Shown piece after piece: positions 51,363 through 64,000 of a stretch of 64,000 nt of DNA. The notes under the pieces were generated by a model, which was given only the letters and a program-made list of their open reading frames with translations, had not been told where the DNA came from and did not search any database. Position 1 is the stretch's first letter. Every line of letters begins with the position of its first letter. A program made the position numbers and the translations under genes. Origin of the DNA: Octopus vulgaris (taxonomy: Eukaryota); NCBI GenBank assembly GCA_951406725.2, contig OX597815.1, forward strand, positions 214,396,001-214,460,000, in the 5' to 3' direction.

Positions 51363-52531
51363 GTGTATATATGTCATATGTATGTAAATATGTGTCATTA
51401 TTCAGTTTTATTTTAAGATTTCTTGCCAATAGGAAAAGAGCCTGTTTCTAACCTAGATCCAAGTCTCCTTCATAGGAATTTCAACATCAACAACAGGGTA
51501 TTTTTGTGTCTGTGTGTGTAAGTATATATTCAGATTTTTTATGTTTTGTCTTATGTATGGGTTTTCGACGCATATCGTTGCATGTTTGGGCATGTTCATA
51601 TATATATTTCTTTACTGCCCACAAGGGGTTAAACACAGAGGGGACAAACAAGGACAGACAAAGGGATTAAGCCGATTACATCGACCCAGTGTGAAACTGG
51701 TACTTTATTTATCGAGACATGTTCATATATACTTAAATGATAAACTTCTGGAAGGTTTTGCGATTTTTACAGTTCCAATGATGGCTTGGATCTAGTCTTC
51801 GAATCAACTTTCTCCTTCCTGATTTTGAAGATGGTTGTGCATGTATGTATACATGTACGTACGCACATATTGTGTTCTCATTTCTTCCATCAGGTTGTGT
51901 GTGTATGTGTGTGTGTGTGCGCGCGCCCGCCCGTATATGCGTGCATAAGTGTGTGTTGTGCGTAAAAACGTATATTTATATAATAATACGACCGTGTATT
52001 CACTGTAGTCGGCTTAGTATAGGCTCAGGGAAATTTTTCGAGCTTCCATTGAGTGAGAGAGTGTAGAGAGAGTGAGAAAGAGCAGACGTCTAGAAAGGAA
52101 ATATATGTTTGGTTATTGCATTTAATATCGAATTCATCGAAGTTTTCTATTCTTAACTTTTCCTAAATCTAACCGATAGATCAATAGAGCTGGGAAGCCC
52201 AAATGTTCAAGTGTCTTAAACACATTCATTACCAAAGATTTATTATTTCTGGCTCTCTAGCTTAGCATTTAATGAATCTATTATTTACCTACTAATCTAT
52301 TCAAATTATATCATTATATGCATATATAAATATAGATTGATTTCTCCCTTGGCGAGAGGACAGAACCGATTTAATCGACCAGGGAATGGTATATATTCTG
52401 ATTTTACTGTATCGACCTAGAAAGGATGAAATGCAAAAGCGGGGATTTTCGGTATTCGAACTCAGAACATAACTCTACACAGTAATATACACACACACAC
52501 ACATACATACATACATACATACATACATACA

Positions 52532-52565
<34 letters not shown>

Positions 52566-52605
52566 CACACATACATATACATATGTATGTATGTGTATGT
52601 ATGAA

Positions 52606-52654
<49 letters not shown>

Positions 52655-52697
52655 GTATGTATGTGTGTGTATGTGTGTGTGTATGTGTGTGTGTGTG

Positions 52698-52912
52698 TGA
52701 CCGCGTGTGTACCGTTGGCGTGTGTACCATTGGCGATTTTTTTCCTCAGTCTTCCCTTCTCTGGATCTTTCCATCTCCTATGTTTCCGACGAAGAGCTCC
52801 ACTCGAAACGTTAAACCCTCCATCTTTCCATCTTTCCTGAGCGTCCAATAATACTATATTTGTTCCACGTTCTCGCGTCGTTGTGTTTTTTTTTGTGCTT
52901 TCTTGTTTGGAT

Positions 52913-52918
<6 letters not shown>
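52698..52918 (+). mobile_element. Family H1 hammerhead element
   Basis: GTTT-CCGACGA-A-GAGCTCCACTC-GAAACGTT-AAAC at 52782-52816; ends GGATTAAC(TA)n. Confidence 0.78.
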
Positions 52919-53003
<85 letters not shown>

Positions 53004-53716
53004 TCAATCGTTGGATTGTGGCCGTGCTGGAGTGCCACCTTCAAGGTTTCGGTCGAGCAAGTCGACCCGAGTACTTCTTCTACCGGTCTCTTATGCTAAA
53101 CCGCCAAGTTATGTGGACGTAAACAAACCGAAACCGTTTGTCAAGCAAACATACACAAAACATACACAAAAACACCTCACACACGCGCGCGCGTGTGCGC
53201 ACACACACACACACACACGCGCAAACACACACACACATTCTTGTATTTTGTTTGATGACTGTTCATGTGCATCCGTTTCCATAAATTTTTCACGGGATTG
53301 AAATCCAAAGATTGTGACCGTCACTTCCGAAATCGCCAAATTTCTTACTCAAGAGAAATACCTGATTATTCTGTGCTGTCACTTACAGAAACGTACGCGA
53401 TTTTTCGTACCAACGATTTTTAGCATACGGAAGAATAGTTTTTACCAAAATCTTTAGATTGACTGTGCATGATGCTCTTGATGTAACATATGGAACTGAC
53501 CATCTTTTCCAGACCTGCAGGCATAAACCATATCAATGGCATAAGGACAGCTAGAATAGAAAATTTTCATTCAATTTTCATTCAATTTTCATTACCGAGC
53601 ATCTCACATCAATAGCTATGTTTGTACTGTACATCAGTCCACCTCCAGCACCTTCCATCAGATTGACATTGCCTGCACAGATGAACGTTGTACCACACGT
53701 CAGATGTTGATGTGAA

Positions 53717-53949
53717 GGCGGCGAGGAGCAGGCAGCATCGTTAGCACGCTGGGCGAAATGCGTAGCCGCATTTCGTCTGCCGTTACGTTCTGAGTTCAAA
53801 TTCCGCCGAGGTCGACTTTGCCTTTCATCTTTTCGAGGTCGATAAATTAAGTACCAGTTACGCACTGGGGTTGATGTAATCGATTTAATCCGTTTGTCTG
53901 TCCTTGTCTGTCCCCTCTGTGTTTAGCCCCTTGTGGGTAGTAAAGAAAT

Positions 53950-53950
<1 letters not shown>
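53717..53950 (+). mobile_element. SINE family A, full length
   Basis: Head, core and tail, followed by (GATA)n. Confidence 0.88.
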
Positions 53951-54015
<65 letters not shown>

Positions 54016-54371
54016 TAGAAAAGATAGATATACATTCGCACACGTCCATGTGCGAGAGAATAACAGCGCAGACTTCATGTGTGTGCAGGTTTTTGTATGT
54101 GAATAAGCGTGAACGTGTGAACGCAGGCGTGTATTTACTGTGTGTGTGTGAGTGTCTGTGTACCATTTTCGGCGTTGTAGATGCGTTAGTGATCACACAC
54201 GTGCTGCGTTTTCCTTTTCTGTTTTTTTCTTTTTTCCTTCTTTGATTTCGTAGAGTGGTGCTTAGATATAAAAATATATATATATATATGCAGATAGTCT
54301 CAGAGAGATACTTCTGTATTAGCTTATCATAGGCAATAGAGCCCTATAATTAATTCTCGGAGAGTTAATGG

Positions 54372-54416
<45 letters not shown>

Positions 54417-55684
54417 TAGGACTGTATTTACCTGAGCGCTTAAATAGACATCAGCGTGACAAATTCAGCTTAAACAATTGGCTCTAGCGTCACGTGAGTC
54501 AGGTAAATTACAATGTGCTCGCCTGCATTTATAGTTGAGGAATGTGAAGATGATATTTTATTGGTCACAAGCTTCAGAGGCATTTATGAATAAATCTAGT
54601 TGAACATACTTATGAATGCCTCAAGGATCATTTATAACGGACGATCAACATGAAAAAAGAGAGGAGAAAGAAAAGGGGAAGGCAACTGACTAAACGAACC
54701 AACTGGGAAAATGTTAGCGCGCCATTCGTTGAGTACAGTCACATGTGCATACGTCAAGCTTGTAACCACAGGCGCGTGCGTGAACACACAGACACATGCA
54801 CACACACACAGACATACGCACGCGCGCGCGCACTCACACACACTCATATATGTTTGTATGTATACATATGCATATATGTGTGCTTGTGCGTGTGTACGCG
54901 CGCGCGTATATATATATATGTATATAAATCGATAGATAGATAATCAGAATTTAGGCTAGTTGAAATATGCTTGTCCCATATTTCAACGCACATGCACACA
55001 CACACAGATAGAGAGAGAGGCAGACAGAGAGACAGAGAGACAGAGAGATATAAACACACAAGTAATGTGTGTGTGTGTGTCTAATTGATGAAGGAAACAG
55101 AAGACAGATTTTGTACGAATCTTTATTCAGCATCCTTTAATCGACATACTAATAGATATATACCCAAAGTTGAAACAGTTACATATATATATATATATAT
55201 ACACACAACTATAAGAGAGAATCCACTATGTGGACGCTCTTACGCTAGATATAGATCCGCAAAGGGAATCCACCACTAAGAATTGTTCTCAAGAAATAAT
55301 TCAACACATCAAGAACGTAAGCGAGCAGGACAAATGAAAAATAACGAAAATATAGATTAACCCCATACAATTGTTTCGTCGTTAATAAATTATGCAATTT
55401 TACTTACATAAATATCCTCGAATCCTCAGTGGAGTACGTCAAAAATATAATTTGTCGAACTGCACGGCATATATTAACACGAGGTTAGAGAGACGAACAG
55501 TTCGGCCGATTATATTCACAGTTACATTCAAATGCCCTCATTCTGGCGCGCTAAATTCCCGGATAGAAATACCGCATAAGTAATTTACTGCAGTAGTTTA
55601 CGCCGGTTTGAGAACATATTAATTTATAATTAAAGTCAAAAAGAGGGTGAAAAAAATATCCAATATTTTCACCCTCATTTTGAC

Positions 55685-55740
<56 letters not shown>

Positions 55741-55744
<4 letters not shown>

Positions 55745-56008
55745 CCTTAATCCTTTTTGCCCCTTGTGGAGCATAGGGCCGTAACAGTTGTTTACCAATT
55801 TTTGCGGTCATTGGTGTGTTTCTTACCTGCTTCCCATGTCAGGCTGGTGGTCCTGAGCTCGTCCAAAATGCTCCTCTTCCATGTCTGCTTCGGTCGTCCT
55901 CGCTTCCTTTTCCCCTGCGGGTTCCAGTCAAGTGCAAGTCGGGTCACATTTGAGGATTCTTTCCGCAGTGTGTGTCCGATCCATCTCCATTTCCTTCGTC
56001 TCATCTGA
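55741..56008 (-). mobile_element. RTE-clade LINE 3' fragment
   Basis: RRRKWRWIGHTLRK..ALDWNPQGKRKRGRPKQTW. Confidence 0.85.
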
Positions 56009-56009
56009 A

Positions 56010-56737
56010 CATATATATATTCAAATGAGGATTATTTTTCAAGATAGTCACCTTTGCGGTCTACATACTTCTTCGATCGGTGTTGCAGAGCTTGCATCCC
56101 ATTGGCGAAGAAGTTTTCATCCTCTTGGTCAAAAATAGTAATCAAATGCAGATATGACGTCCTCATCACTGTAATACTGGTTCCCAGCCAAGTGTTTTTT
56201 TCCTGTTGGAGAAGAGATAATAGTCAGATGGGACAATAGGGAGGCTAAGCAACGGTGCGGCCCTTTTGAAAATAGTTGATGAACGCAATGACTTATCATC
56301 CTAAGACACTAAGACTATCGCCTCCCCTGCTGCTGAAACAACTGTGGCCTTCTTTGGAGCGGTTGAGAAGGGATGTTTCCACTGCATGGATTGTTTCTTT
56401 GTTTCTCGCTCAAAGTGGTCAACTGAACACTCATCTTGAGTTAGGAAAGGTCCCAGGAAACCAGCTGAATCGTTCTCAAACAGTGTCAGATTTTGTACTT
56501 TTGACCAGGTGTCAGAAGACATGGTATTCACCGAGTTCATTGTGCACAATATTCTCAACTCTCTTACCGGATATATTAATAGCATTGACCATTTGAGTTA
56601 TATTCAATCGCCTGTCACCTAGCCCCATCTGGTGATCACAATCAATGTTTTCCTCGTTAGTGACAGTTGCAGGACATCTAAACCGTGAGTTATCTTCAAG
56701 GCTCTCCATTCCCCTCCTAATTTCAGATACCCGCTTT
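56010..56737 (-). mobile_element. Decayed mariner transposase
   Basis: [39 protein letters not shown] (cf. SAGKVM). Confidence 0.75.
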
Positions 56738-56739
56738 TG

Positions 56740-56782
<43 letters not shown>

Positions 56783-56907
56783 ACACATACACACACATAC
56801 ATCAATACATATATATATGCATACATACATACATCAATACATATATATATATATATGGATATATATATATACATATATACGTATATATATACATACATAT
56901 ATATGTG

Positions 56908-56939
<32 letters not shown>

Positions 56940-57192
56940 CGTGTGTGTATGTGTGTGTGTGCGTATAAATACATATATACGTATATGTATATATAAATAA
57001 ATACATAAATATATATATATACGCATACCTGTATATGTATATATATCATATACTTGTACGTCTGTGTGTATATATATATATATATATATACGTATACACA
57101 TAAATGTACACGTACATATGTACACATTCATACATGCGTATCCCTGTGTGCATTGCTTTGGCCCGTCTGTGTATGTGCTTGCGCTTTGGCAC

Positions 57193-57229
<37 letters not shown>

Positions 57230-58214
57230 CGTGCGTGTTTGTGCTTGTGAGTTTGCAAAAGGATATCGTTTGCCAGAATCTACACAATCACACATACATG
57301 CACACACACACACACACACACACACACGCGCACACACACACAAATATTTGTGTATGTGATGTGTGTACGACTGTGCGCTTTTGCGAATGCTCGTGGCTAT
57401 AAACACACATATATGTATGTACGCATGTATGAGCGTTTGTATGTATCTGGTGTATGTAAATATTTTTGCGCGCGAACTAACGATTGAGAAATTTCTTTCT
57501 CTTTATTTTTCCTTCACAATGAAACGGAAATAATAATTCCCACCAAAATCATTATTTTATCGAATAGATAAAACCGTAAAGGTCTTGAAACTTTTATGGA
57601 AATAGGAGTTTATTGTTCTGAATATAACGTAAAGAACTGATAACGAAATATGAAATAGCTTTAATAAAATATTGTTGAAGCCGGACCATTGTTCCGTTTT
57701 CAATAACAGGTTAAAAAATACTCTCTTCCCCATCTACGCATATCTGTCTATCTCTCTCTACAGCTTTTTCTCCCCAATTTTCTGTCTGTGTGACTGTGTC
57801 TGTCTATGTCTCTCTCTCTCTCTTCCTTTTTCTCTCACTCCCCAACCCCACCGCATACTATTTGTTTCTCTGTACATATCCTTTTATCTATCTATCTCCG
57901 CCCCCTCTTTCCCCCATCTTTGTTTCTCACCCTTCAGCCATACGTATGTGTTTGCATGTGATTGTGTGCGTGAGTGTATATATATGTGTGTGTGTGCGTT
58001 TGTGTGTTTGGGTATGTATGTGCGCATGTATGTATGGCTGTATTTGGCATTATAGATATATATACATATACTTAACCATAGATAGATACATACATACACA
58101 CATGCATATATACACACATTTATACACACACAAAGAGATAGAGAGAAAAGTGAGAGAGAGAGAGAGAGATACATAGTGAGACTGATAGAGATATAGACAA
58201 CCAGACAGCTTGCT

Positions 58215-58215
58215 T

Positions 58216-58309
<94 letters not shown>

Positions 58310-58320
58310 CAGACAGACAA

Positions 58321-58391
<71 letters not shown>

Positions 58392-58392
58392 A

Positions 58393-58472
<80 letters not shown>

Positions 58473-58488
58473 GCAGACAGACAGACAA

Positions 58489-58578
<90 letters not shown>
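58215..58578. repeat. (GATA)n/(GACA)n compound microsatellite
   Basis: Direct reading. Confidence 0.95.
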
Positions 58579-58579
<1 letters not shown>

Positions 58580-58767
58580 TGACCGCGTTTGTATCGTTGG
58601 CGATATTTTTCCTCCATCTTCCCTTCCTTGGATCTTTCCTTTTCCTTGTTTCTGACGAAGAGCTCCGCTCGAAACGTTAAATCCTCCTTCTTACTTTCCT
58701 TTCCTGAGCGTCCAATAACACTAGACTTGTTCCACGTCCTCGCGTTGTTGTGTTTTCATGTTTGGAT

Positions 58768-58772
<5 letters not shown>
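58580..58772 (+). mobile_element. Family H1 hammerhead element, best-preserved copy
   Basis: Homologous to 52698-52918; ends GGATTAAC(TA)n. Confidence 0.8.
58648..58682 (+). ncRNA. Minimal type I hammerhead with intact core
   Basis: GTTT-CTGACGA-A-GAGC(TCC)GCTC-GAAACGTT^AAAT. Confidence 0.75.
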
Positions 58773-58804
<32 letters not shown>

Positions 58805-58849
58805 CGTTGCAAAAAGGTGTTTTTATTAATTTTATACACACACGCACAC

Positions 58850-58904
<55 letters not shown>

Positions 58905-60790
58905 CACACACAATTGAGATTATCCAATTAAAGGGACATTTACAGAGATGACTGCTATATTCCTTAATTTGAATCTTAATAATAGTTTCAAATTTTCTGG
59001 CCCTGGGGCAGTAGTTTTTGAGGGGAGGGGAAGTTGATTACATCGACTATAGTTCTTGAATGGTACTTATTTAACGATTCCAAAAGACGGAAGTGTAAAG
59101 TCGACCTCAGTGAAATTTGAACTCAGAACGTAAAGATGGGTGAAATTGCGCTATGCATTTTGTCCGGCGTCTAGTTTGTCCGGCGTTTTTGTTTGAATTC
59201 TAATAATGACGAAAGAGATTCAGTACGGTACTAAACCTACCAGTTTGTGTATCTTGAGAGAAACGTCATCAGTAGATGTGTTCTCGACTGAATAATGGAA
59301 TGATAGTTCAAGGGACAATATTGTCAATAGATGAAACAGTACACTTCCGTCTGATATTACGAAATACGTACAAATGCACACACATACATCACACGAAAAG
59401 TCGTACAGACACGTCACAGCGGAATCCTCCAAGCTCCGTTTCCTGTAATATTGTAACGCTTTGGAAATCGGAGCCACGTGCAGGTTTCGTAAATTGATTA
59501 ATATATCAGTATTAGTTGACTTGTACTTTCTATCTTACTCTTTTACTCAACACTCTCCTACTTGTTCTCCTCCCTCTTTCTTTATAACCTCCTTTCTGCT
59601 GTTTTTATACACCTTTCTCTTCACCCCACTCCTAATATTTTCTTCCTCTTTTCCTCCTCACACTACCCCTTCTCACAAGTTCACTGTATGTCATATTTGT
59701 CTTCTTTTGTTTGTTTATATTTATTTCTAACTTTCTTTCTCCGCTATTTCCATATTCTTTTCCGTTTTCTATTTTACTGTACCGCCTTCTCTTCTTGCTC
59801 TTTTTTCCCCCTTCAAAAATAAATCTCAGGATTGCTAGATACGAAGAGTATATTAGTCGTCATTCTCATCCAATGACAGCGTTGTACCATGCTTTCACTC
59901 TTTTTATTAGGTGCCTGCTTAGTCGCGGCCAAACGCAGTTATTGTCCCTGACTAACGACCCTTAACCCAGTAGAACATCGATGATTTGACTGCTGGAAAA
60001 AAAGGGGGAACGCGCTAGCAGCTGGTTGGTAATTTTTTTCGGCTGAATAGACTGAAGCAGCGTGATAGGATGGTCCTCGCTCAAGGACAGTTAACGAATC
60101 ATTAGATGGCATCCCGTGACAGAAATTGAGCCGTTAGAAAACGACTTACATTTGCCCTGTACGTTTTACTAGGCGAAAGAATAGACATGAATTTAAGCAG
60201 TAAAATTTAGAATTACCTTTAAATTGAATGCATGCTTGGATGAAACTTTTAAAATGAAATCAATTAAACAAGAATACATAATAAATTAATAAATGCATGA
60301 TATGCTTCATGAATGCATGATATATAAAATAATTATTTTACGTTGGTTATGTTTTGAGAGACTAGTATTCCTTTCCGATTAGCTTAATTATCGCATACTA
60401 CTTGTTTTAATCTTCTTGGCTGCAAATTAATTACCAAAGGAAAAAATCTCCGTAATGGAAGCTAATCAAACACAAAATTCATGCATTTTGAGATGTTTTA
60501 TCATTTTTATATCAGATTGAATTAAATCGATTTCATTTGGGAATCAATCAATCGATTGATGCAAATTGAGGATCACTGTTTCATAACACGACCACCATTT
60601 AATCTACAAGAGAGAAAAGGCCTGGTGCAGGCACAGCTGTGTGGTTAAAAGGGGCAGATATGCCTCTGAGTTTAAGATGCTCACTTTGGTTTTGGATTCA
60701 GTGGCACTGTGTGATACATTGGGCCATAGAGTAGGACTGAATCCGAAACCAAAGTGGACTGCAAAAGTCACAAGGTATAAAATGGGAATA

Positions 60791-60910
60791 TATTTATTAG
60801 CCACTTGACAACCTTAGGGTACGGCCGTTTCGCAGCCTTCTTCATGTAATAATAATAAAGAAGGCTCCGACACATCTATAGCCCTATGGATGTCAAGTGG
60901 TTAATAAATA
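60791..60910 (-). other. Nested long hairpin with a hammerhead-like junction
   Basis: Outer stem of about 29 bp, inner AGCCTTCTT/AAGAAGGCT stem, GAAA-CGGCCG-TA; CTATAGA in place of CUGAnGA. Confidence 0.5.
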
Positions 60911-61041
60911 TTCACCTCTGATGCCTCCTAAATTTTTAAGGTATATATATTAATAATTAAGGGTGCTACAAATAGCACCAGTACGCTAAAAATAGCAGTA
61001 AGGTGACTTAGATCACCTTTTATATATATACATATATAGAT

Positions 61042-61072
<31 letters not shown>

Positions 61073-61291
61073 AACAGACAGGCAGATAGACAGACAGACA
61101 GGCAGATAGACAGACAGCCAGACAGACAGATAGACAGGCAGACAGACAGATAGATAGATAGATATGTTTCTTTATTAGCCACACAGGGCTGCACACAGAT
61201 AGATAGAGCTTTTCTTTTGAAGGTTTAAGAAAAAAAGATAGATAGATAGATAGATAGATAGGTGGATAGATCGATAGATATACATATATAT

Positions 61292-61383
<92 letters not shown>

Positions 61384-62044
61384 GATATATGAATACACAT
61401 AGATTACAATACAGGCGCGTAATCTAATGATAAATCCACAACTTACATTCGCAGTAAATCATGTTACTCGGATTAGAGAAGTCTCATTACGGATTGAATA
61501 TTAATCTATCGCAAACAACATTCTCAGAATATCTTTCATCGTACCTTGACATGTATGTAAACTGAAACTTATAAGAAGGTAATGTACACTTCAGAGACAC
61601 AGCGAAATGCTTGTATGACTAATAACCAACATAGTCCGGTTATTTAACTCAGCAATTTCATCCGAACACAGATACTATAAGCTGAAATCTTTGCCAAAGC
61701 TTGAGAGTCGATTTTTTCCATTTTTACTTTTCTATAAATCAAATGACTATCTAAGAGGCCTAATTGTTAGTATTTGAAAACTAGCGGTTATGGCATATTG
61801 AGATAGAACCATTGGACTGTTGTATTTCGTTTTGTAGTTGGTTTTCAGGAATCATATGAAACAGATTTTGTTGTATTCTACGGGTTTCATTATGCCAATA
61901 ATACATACACGAATTAGTCAATTTGTTAACAATTCAACCAATTAGCCAATTAACTAATCGATTGTTTCGTTAGCCGTTCGGTCAATCAATTAGCTAGGTT
62001 TATCCGATTAGTTAATTAGTCACTTGGTTAGCTAGTTGAGTAAT

Positions 62045-62250
62045 TATCCTTTCTACTTCAGGCACCAGACTGGAAATTCTTGGTAAGTGAGCTAGTCAAT
62101 TACATCGATCCCAGTACTCAATTGTAACTTATTTTATTGACGCCGAAAAGATGAAAAGCAAAGTCGACCACAGCGGAATTTGAACTCAGAACGTAAAGCT
62201 GGGAGAAAAGCTGCCAAGCATTTTGTCCAGCGTGCTAACGTTTCTGCCAA
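62045..62250 (-). mobile_element. SINE family A (further reverse copies at about 49770-49922 and 58985-59170)
   Basis: Reverse head and core similarity. Confidence 0.75.
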
Positions 62251-62837
62251 CTAGTTGACTAATAATAATAAAGAAATGAAATAGAACCAGTGTGTGTATT
62301 TATTGGCAAGATTATCCTCCCGAGATACAAAGATGTAGTTTTTATTTCGGCTTTCACTGTTCTTGACCTAGAATTTTGCGGTGGTGTAAACTTCTCCTAT
62401 AACAACTGATAGTTTTGTCCTTTAGCCTCAGGTCAGACCTGGTCTGGCATAGGTAGAAAAGAGCAGTGAATAGAATGTCTACCAGTAATTTTTTCCAATT
62501 CTCTGCGAGCTGAGTTCAAATCTCACTTGAGTTAACTTTGGGTATCATCGTTATGAACTCGATTCAAAACAAATATCTATCTATCCTAGGTACTGGATTG
62601 GTGAAACTATAAGGATGTCGAACATAATGCCTTGTGGTATTTGTTCAAGCTCATTGCGTTCCGAGTTCAAATCCACCCATAGCCTACGTAGGTGGTAAAT
62701 TTAATCCGTCACCTTCTTTAACATCTCTACCTGACATCTTGAGTTTCTAACATTGTCCACTTTATTGCAACAAGTCAGAATTGGGTCTTCGATTTGATGT
62801 TACCTACTTTCTTCCTCCATCCAATATCGGAGATTAG

Positions 62838-63050
62838 GTGGAACCACGTGGCTTAGTGGTTGTTAGGGTGTTGGACTCATGATCGTAAGATTGTGGTTTC
62901 GATTCCTGGACAGGCAACAAGTTGTGTTCTTGAGCAAAACACTTCATTTCTCGTTGCTCCAGTCCACTCAGCTGGCAAAAAGGAGTAATCCTGCGACGGA
63001 TCGGGGTCCCGTCCCAGTGGGGGAATTTCTACGCGATGAAACCGGGAAAC
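62838..63050 (+). mobile_element. tRNA-derived SINE (family D)
   Basis: TGGCTTAGTGG A box, GGTTTCGATTCC B box and TTGAGCAAAACACTT core. Confidence 0.75.
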
Positions 63051-63214
63051 CGACTCGAGGGGGTAAATTTACTATTTTTTTTTATCACAGATTGTTAAAA
63101 GGCAAGTCTTTATGGACACTGCATTATCTCCTGTCTCAAAGATAAAAAGCCAATGAGCGAGAACGATTGTCTAATTTTCTTTTTCAATCATGTATCCAAA
63201 ATGTCCTGTACAAG

Positions 63215-63455
63215 GTCCAGTCCTTGTTACGATATGATAGCATATGTGCCATGATGACCCTGAGAGCTATAACAGCAAATCCGAAAAGAAGCTGCAAGAC
63301 CCGACACCTCATTAATAACTGGAGGAGGAATACTAAAGCACAGCTGAAGAAGCAGGGATCCTACTGGAAAGGAGCAGAAAAGAGAGTCCCAGCTTCGAAA
63401 ACAGTGGAGAAAAGTCGTCGATGGTCAATACTCCATAGAAAGCAAGGGGTTTAAG
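63215..63455 (+). pseudogene. Highly decayed RTE-like LINE 3' end
   Basis: Weak similarity (..NPKRSCKTR..NNWRR..LKKQGSYWKGAEK) to the RTE C-terminus. Confidence 0.4.
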
Positions 63456-64000
63456 TAAAGCAAATATATTCAATCTTTCCTGCCTCTATAAAGATTTTTT
63501 TTAGATTTGGTTGCTATTTCTAGCTAACAGAACGGACAAGTAGCGGTGTTATGGTTCTAGACTCGTCCTCGCTCATCGACTTTCAATGTTGACAATTACC
63601 TATCAACTGCGCTTCACGTTTTGCTTTTCCTGTCTCTATTCACTTCTCAATTAAACTGTATTCTTCCCAACCATTCAGAATTGACAGCGACGATGTTTTG
63701 TAGTTTTGTTTAGCTCATCTCCCTCTCAGCACCGTCTGTAATAGCAATCAATAAGCATTGCATACAGAATTTACGCAGAATGTGCAATATTGAAGAGAAA
63801 AAAAGAAGAGGTGAGGTGAGAAGGGAGTATGATGAAGAAGAAGAAAAAGGGGGAGGGCATGAAGAGGGGAGGAGGAGATGCAGAGGCGGAGGAGGGGATG
63901 CGGCGGCGGTGGAGGAGAGGAGGAAAAGAGGTAGTAGTAGTAGTAGTAATGGAGGTGGTGGTGGTGGTGGTGGTGGTGGACGGTAGGAGGAGAGGGGAGA

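Noticed and set aside
53460-53715. Possible host exon in unique-looking sequence
   Set aside because: No recognisable domain or convincing splice sites.
56737-57420. Numerous short ORFs (YI, CV and TH repeats)
   Set aside because: These are microsatellite translations, and the same applies to similar ORFs across the window.
59236-59278. Possible hammerhead on the minus strand (CTGATGA..CAAACTGGTA)
   Set aside because: GAAA is lost and stem I is unclear, so it is too degenerate to call.

Overview
AT-rich, microsatellite-dense animal DNA with no recognisable host exon. The SINE families and repeat landscape suggest a cephalopod, probably Octopus (inference). Main contents: (1) two same-strand clusters of 5'-truncated R4/Dong-clade non-LTR retrotransposons (RT, CCHC, restriction-like endonuclease) stacked in (TAA)n tracts, together with a non-coding element of about 0.55 kb that uses the same target; (2) CR1, RTE and older LINE remnants, Tc1/mariner remnants, a Helentron-type non-autonomous element and many tRNA-derived SINEs; (3) a 37-bp minisatellite and a 34-bp satellite of about 5.1 kb. 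The most interesting layer is non-coding. About ten hammerhead ribozyme (HHR) motifs from several unrelated, mostly TA-flanked short elements are present, several in partial-inverted structures typical of Penelope-like pseudo-LTRs. One motif (23150-23208, minus strand) has an intact core whose three strands lie in a non-circularly permuted, pseudoknotted order. All folds were read by eye, none was computed or tested, and boundaries are approximate.
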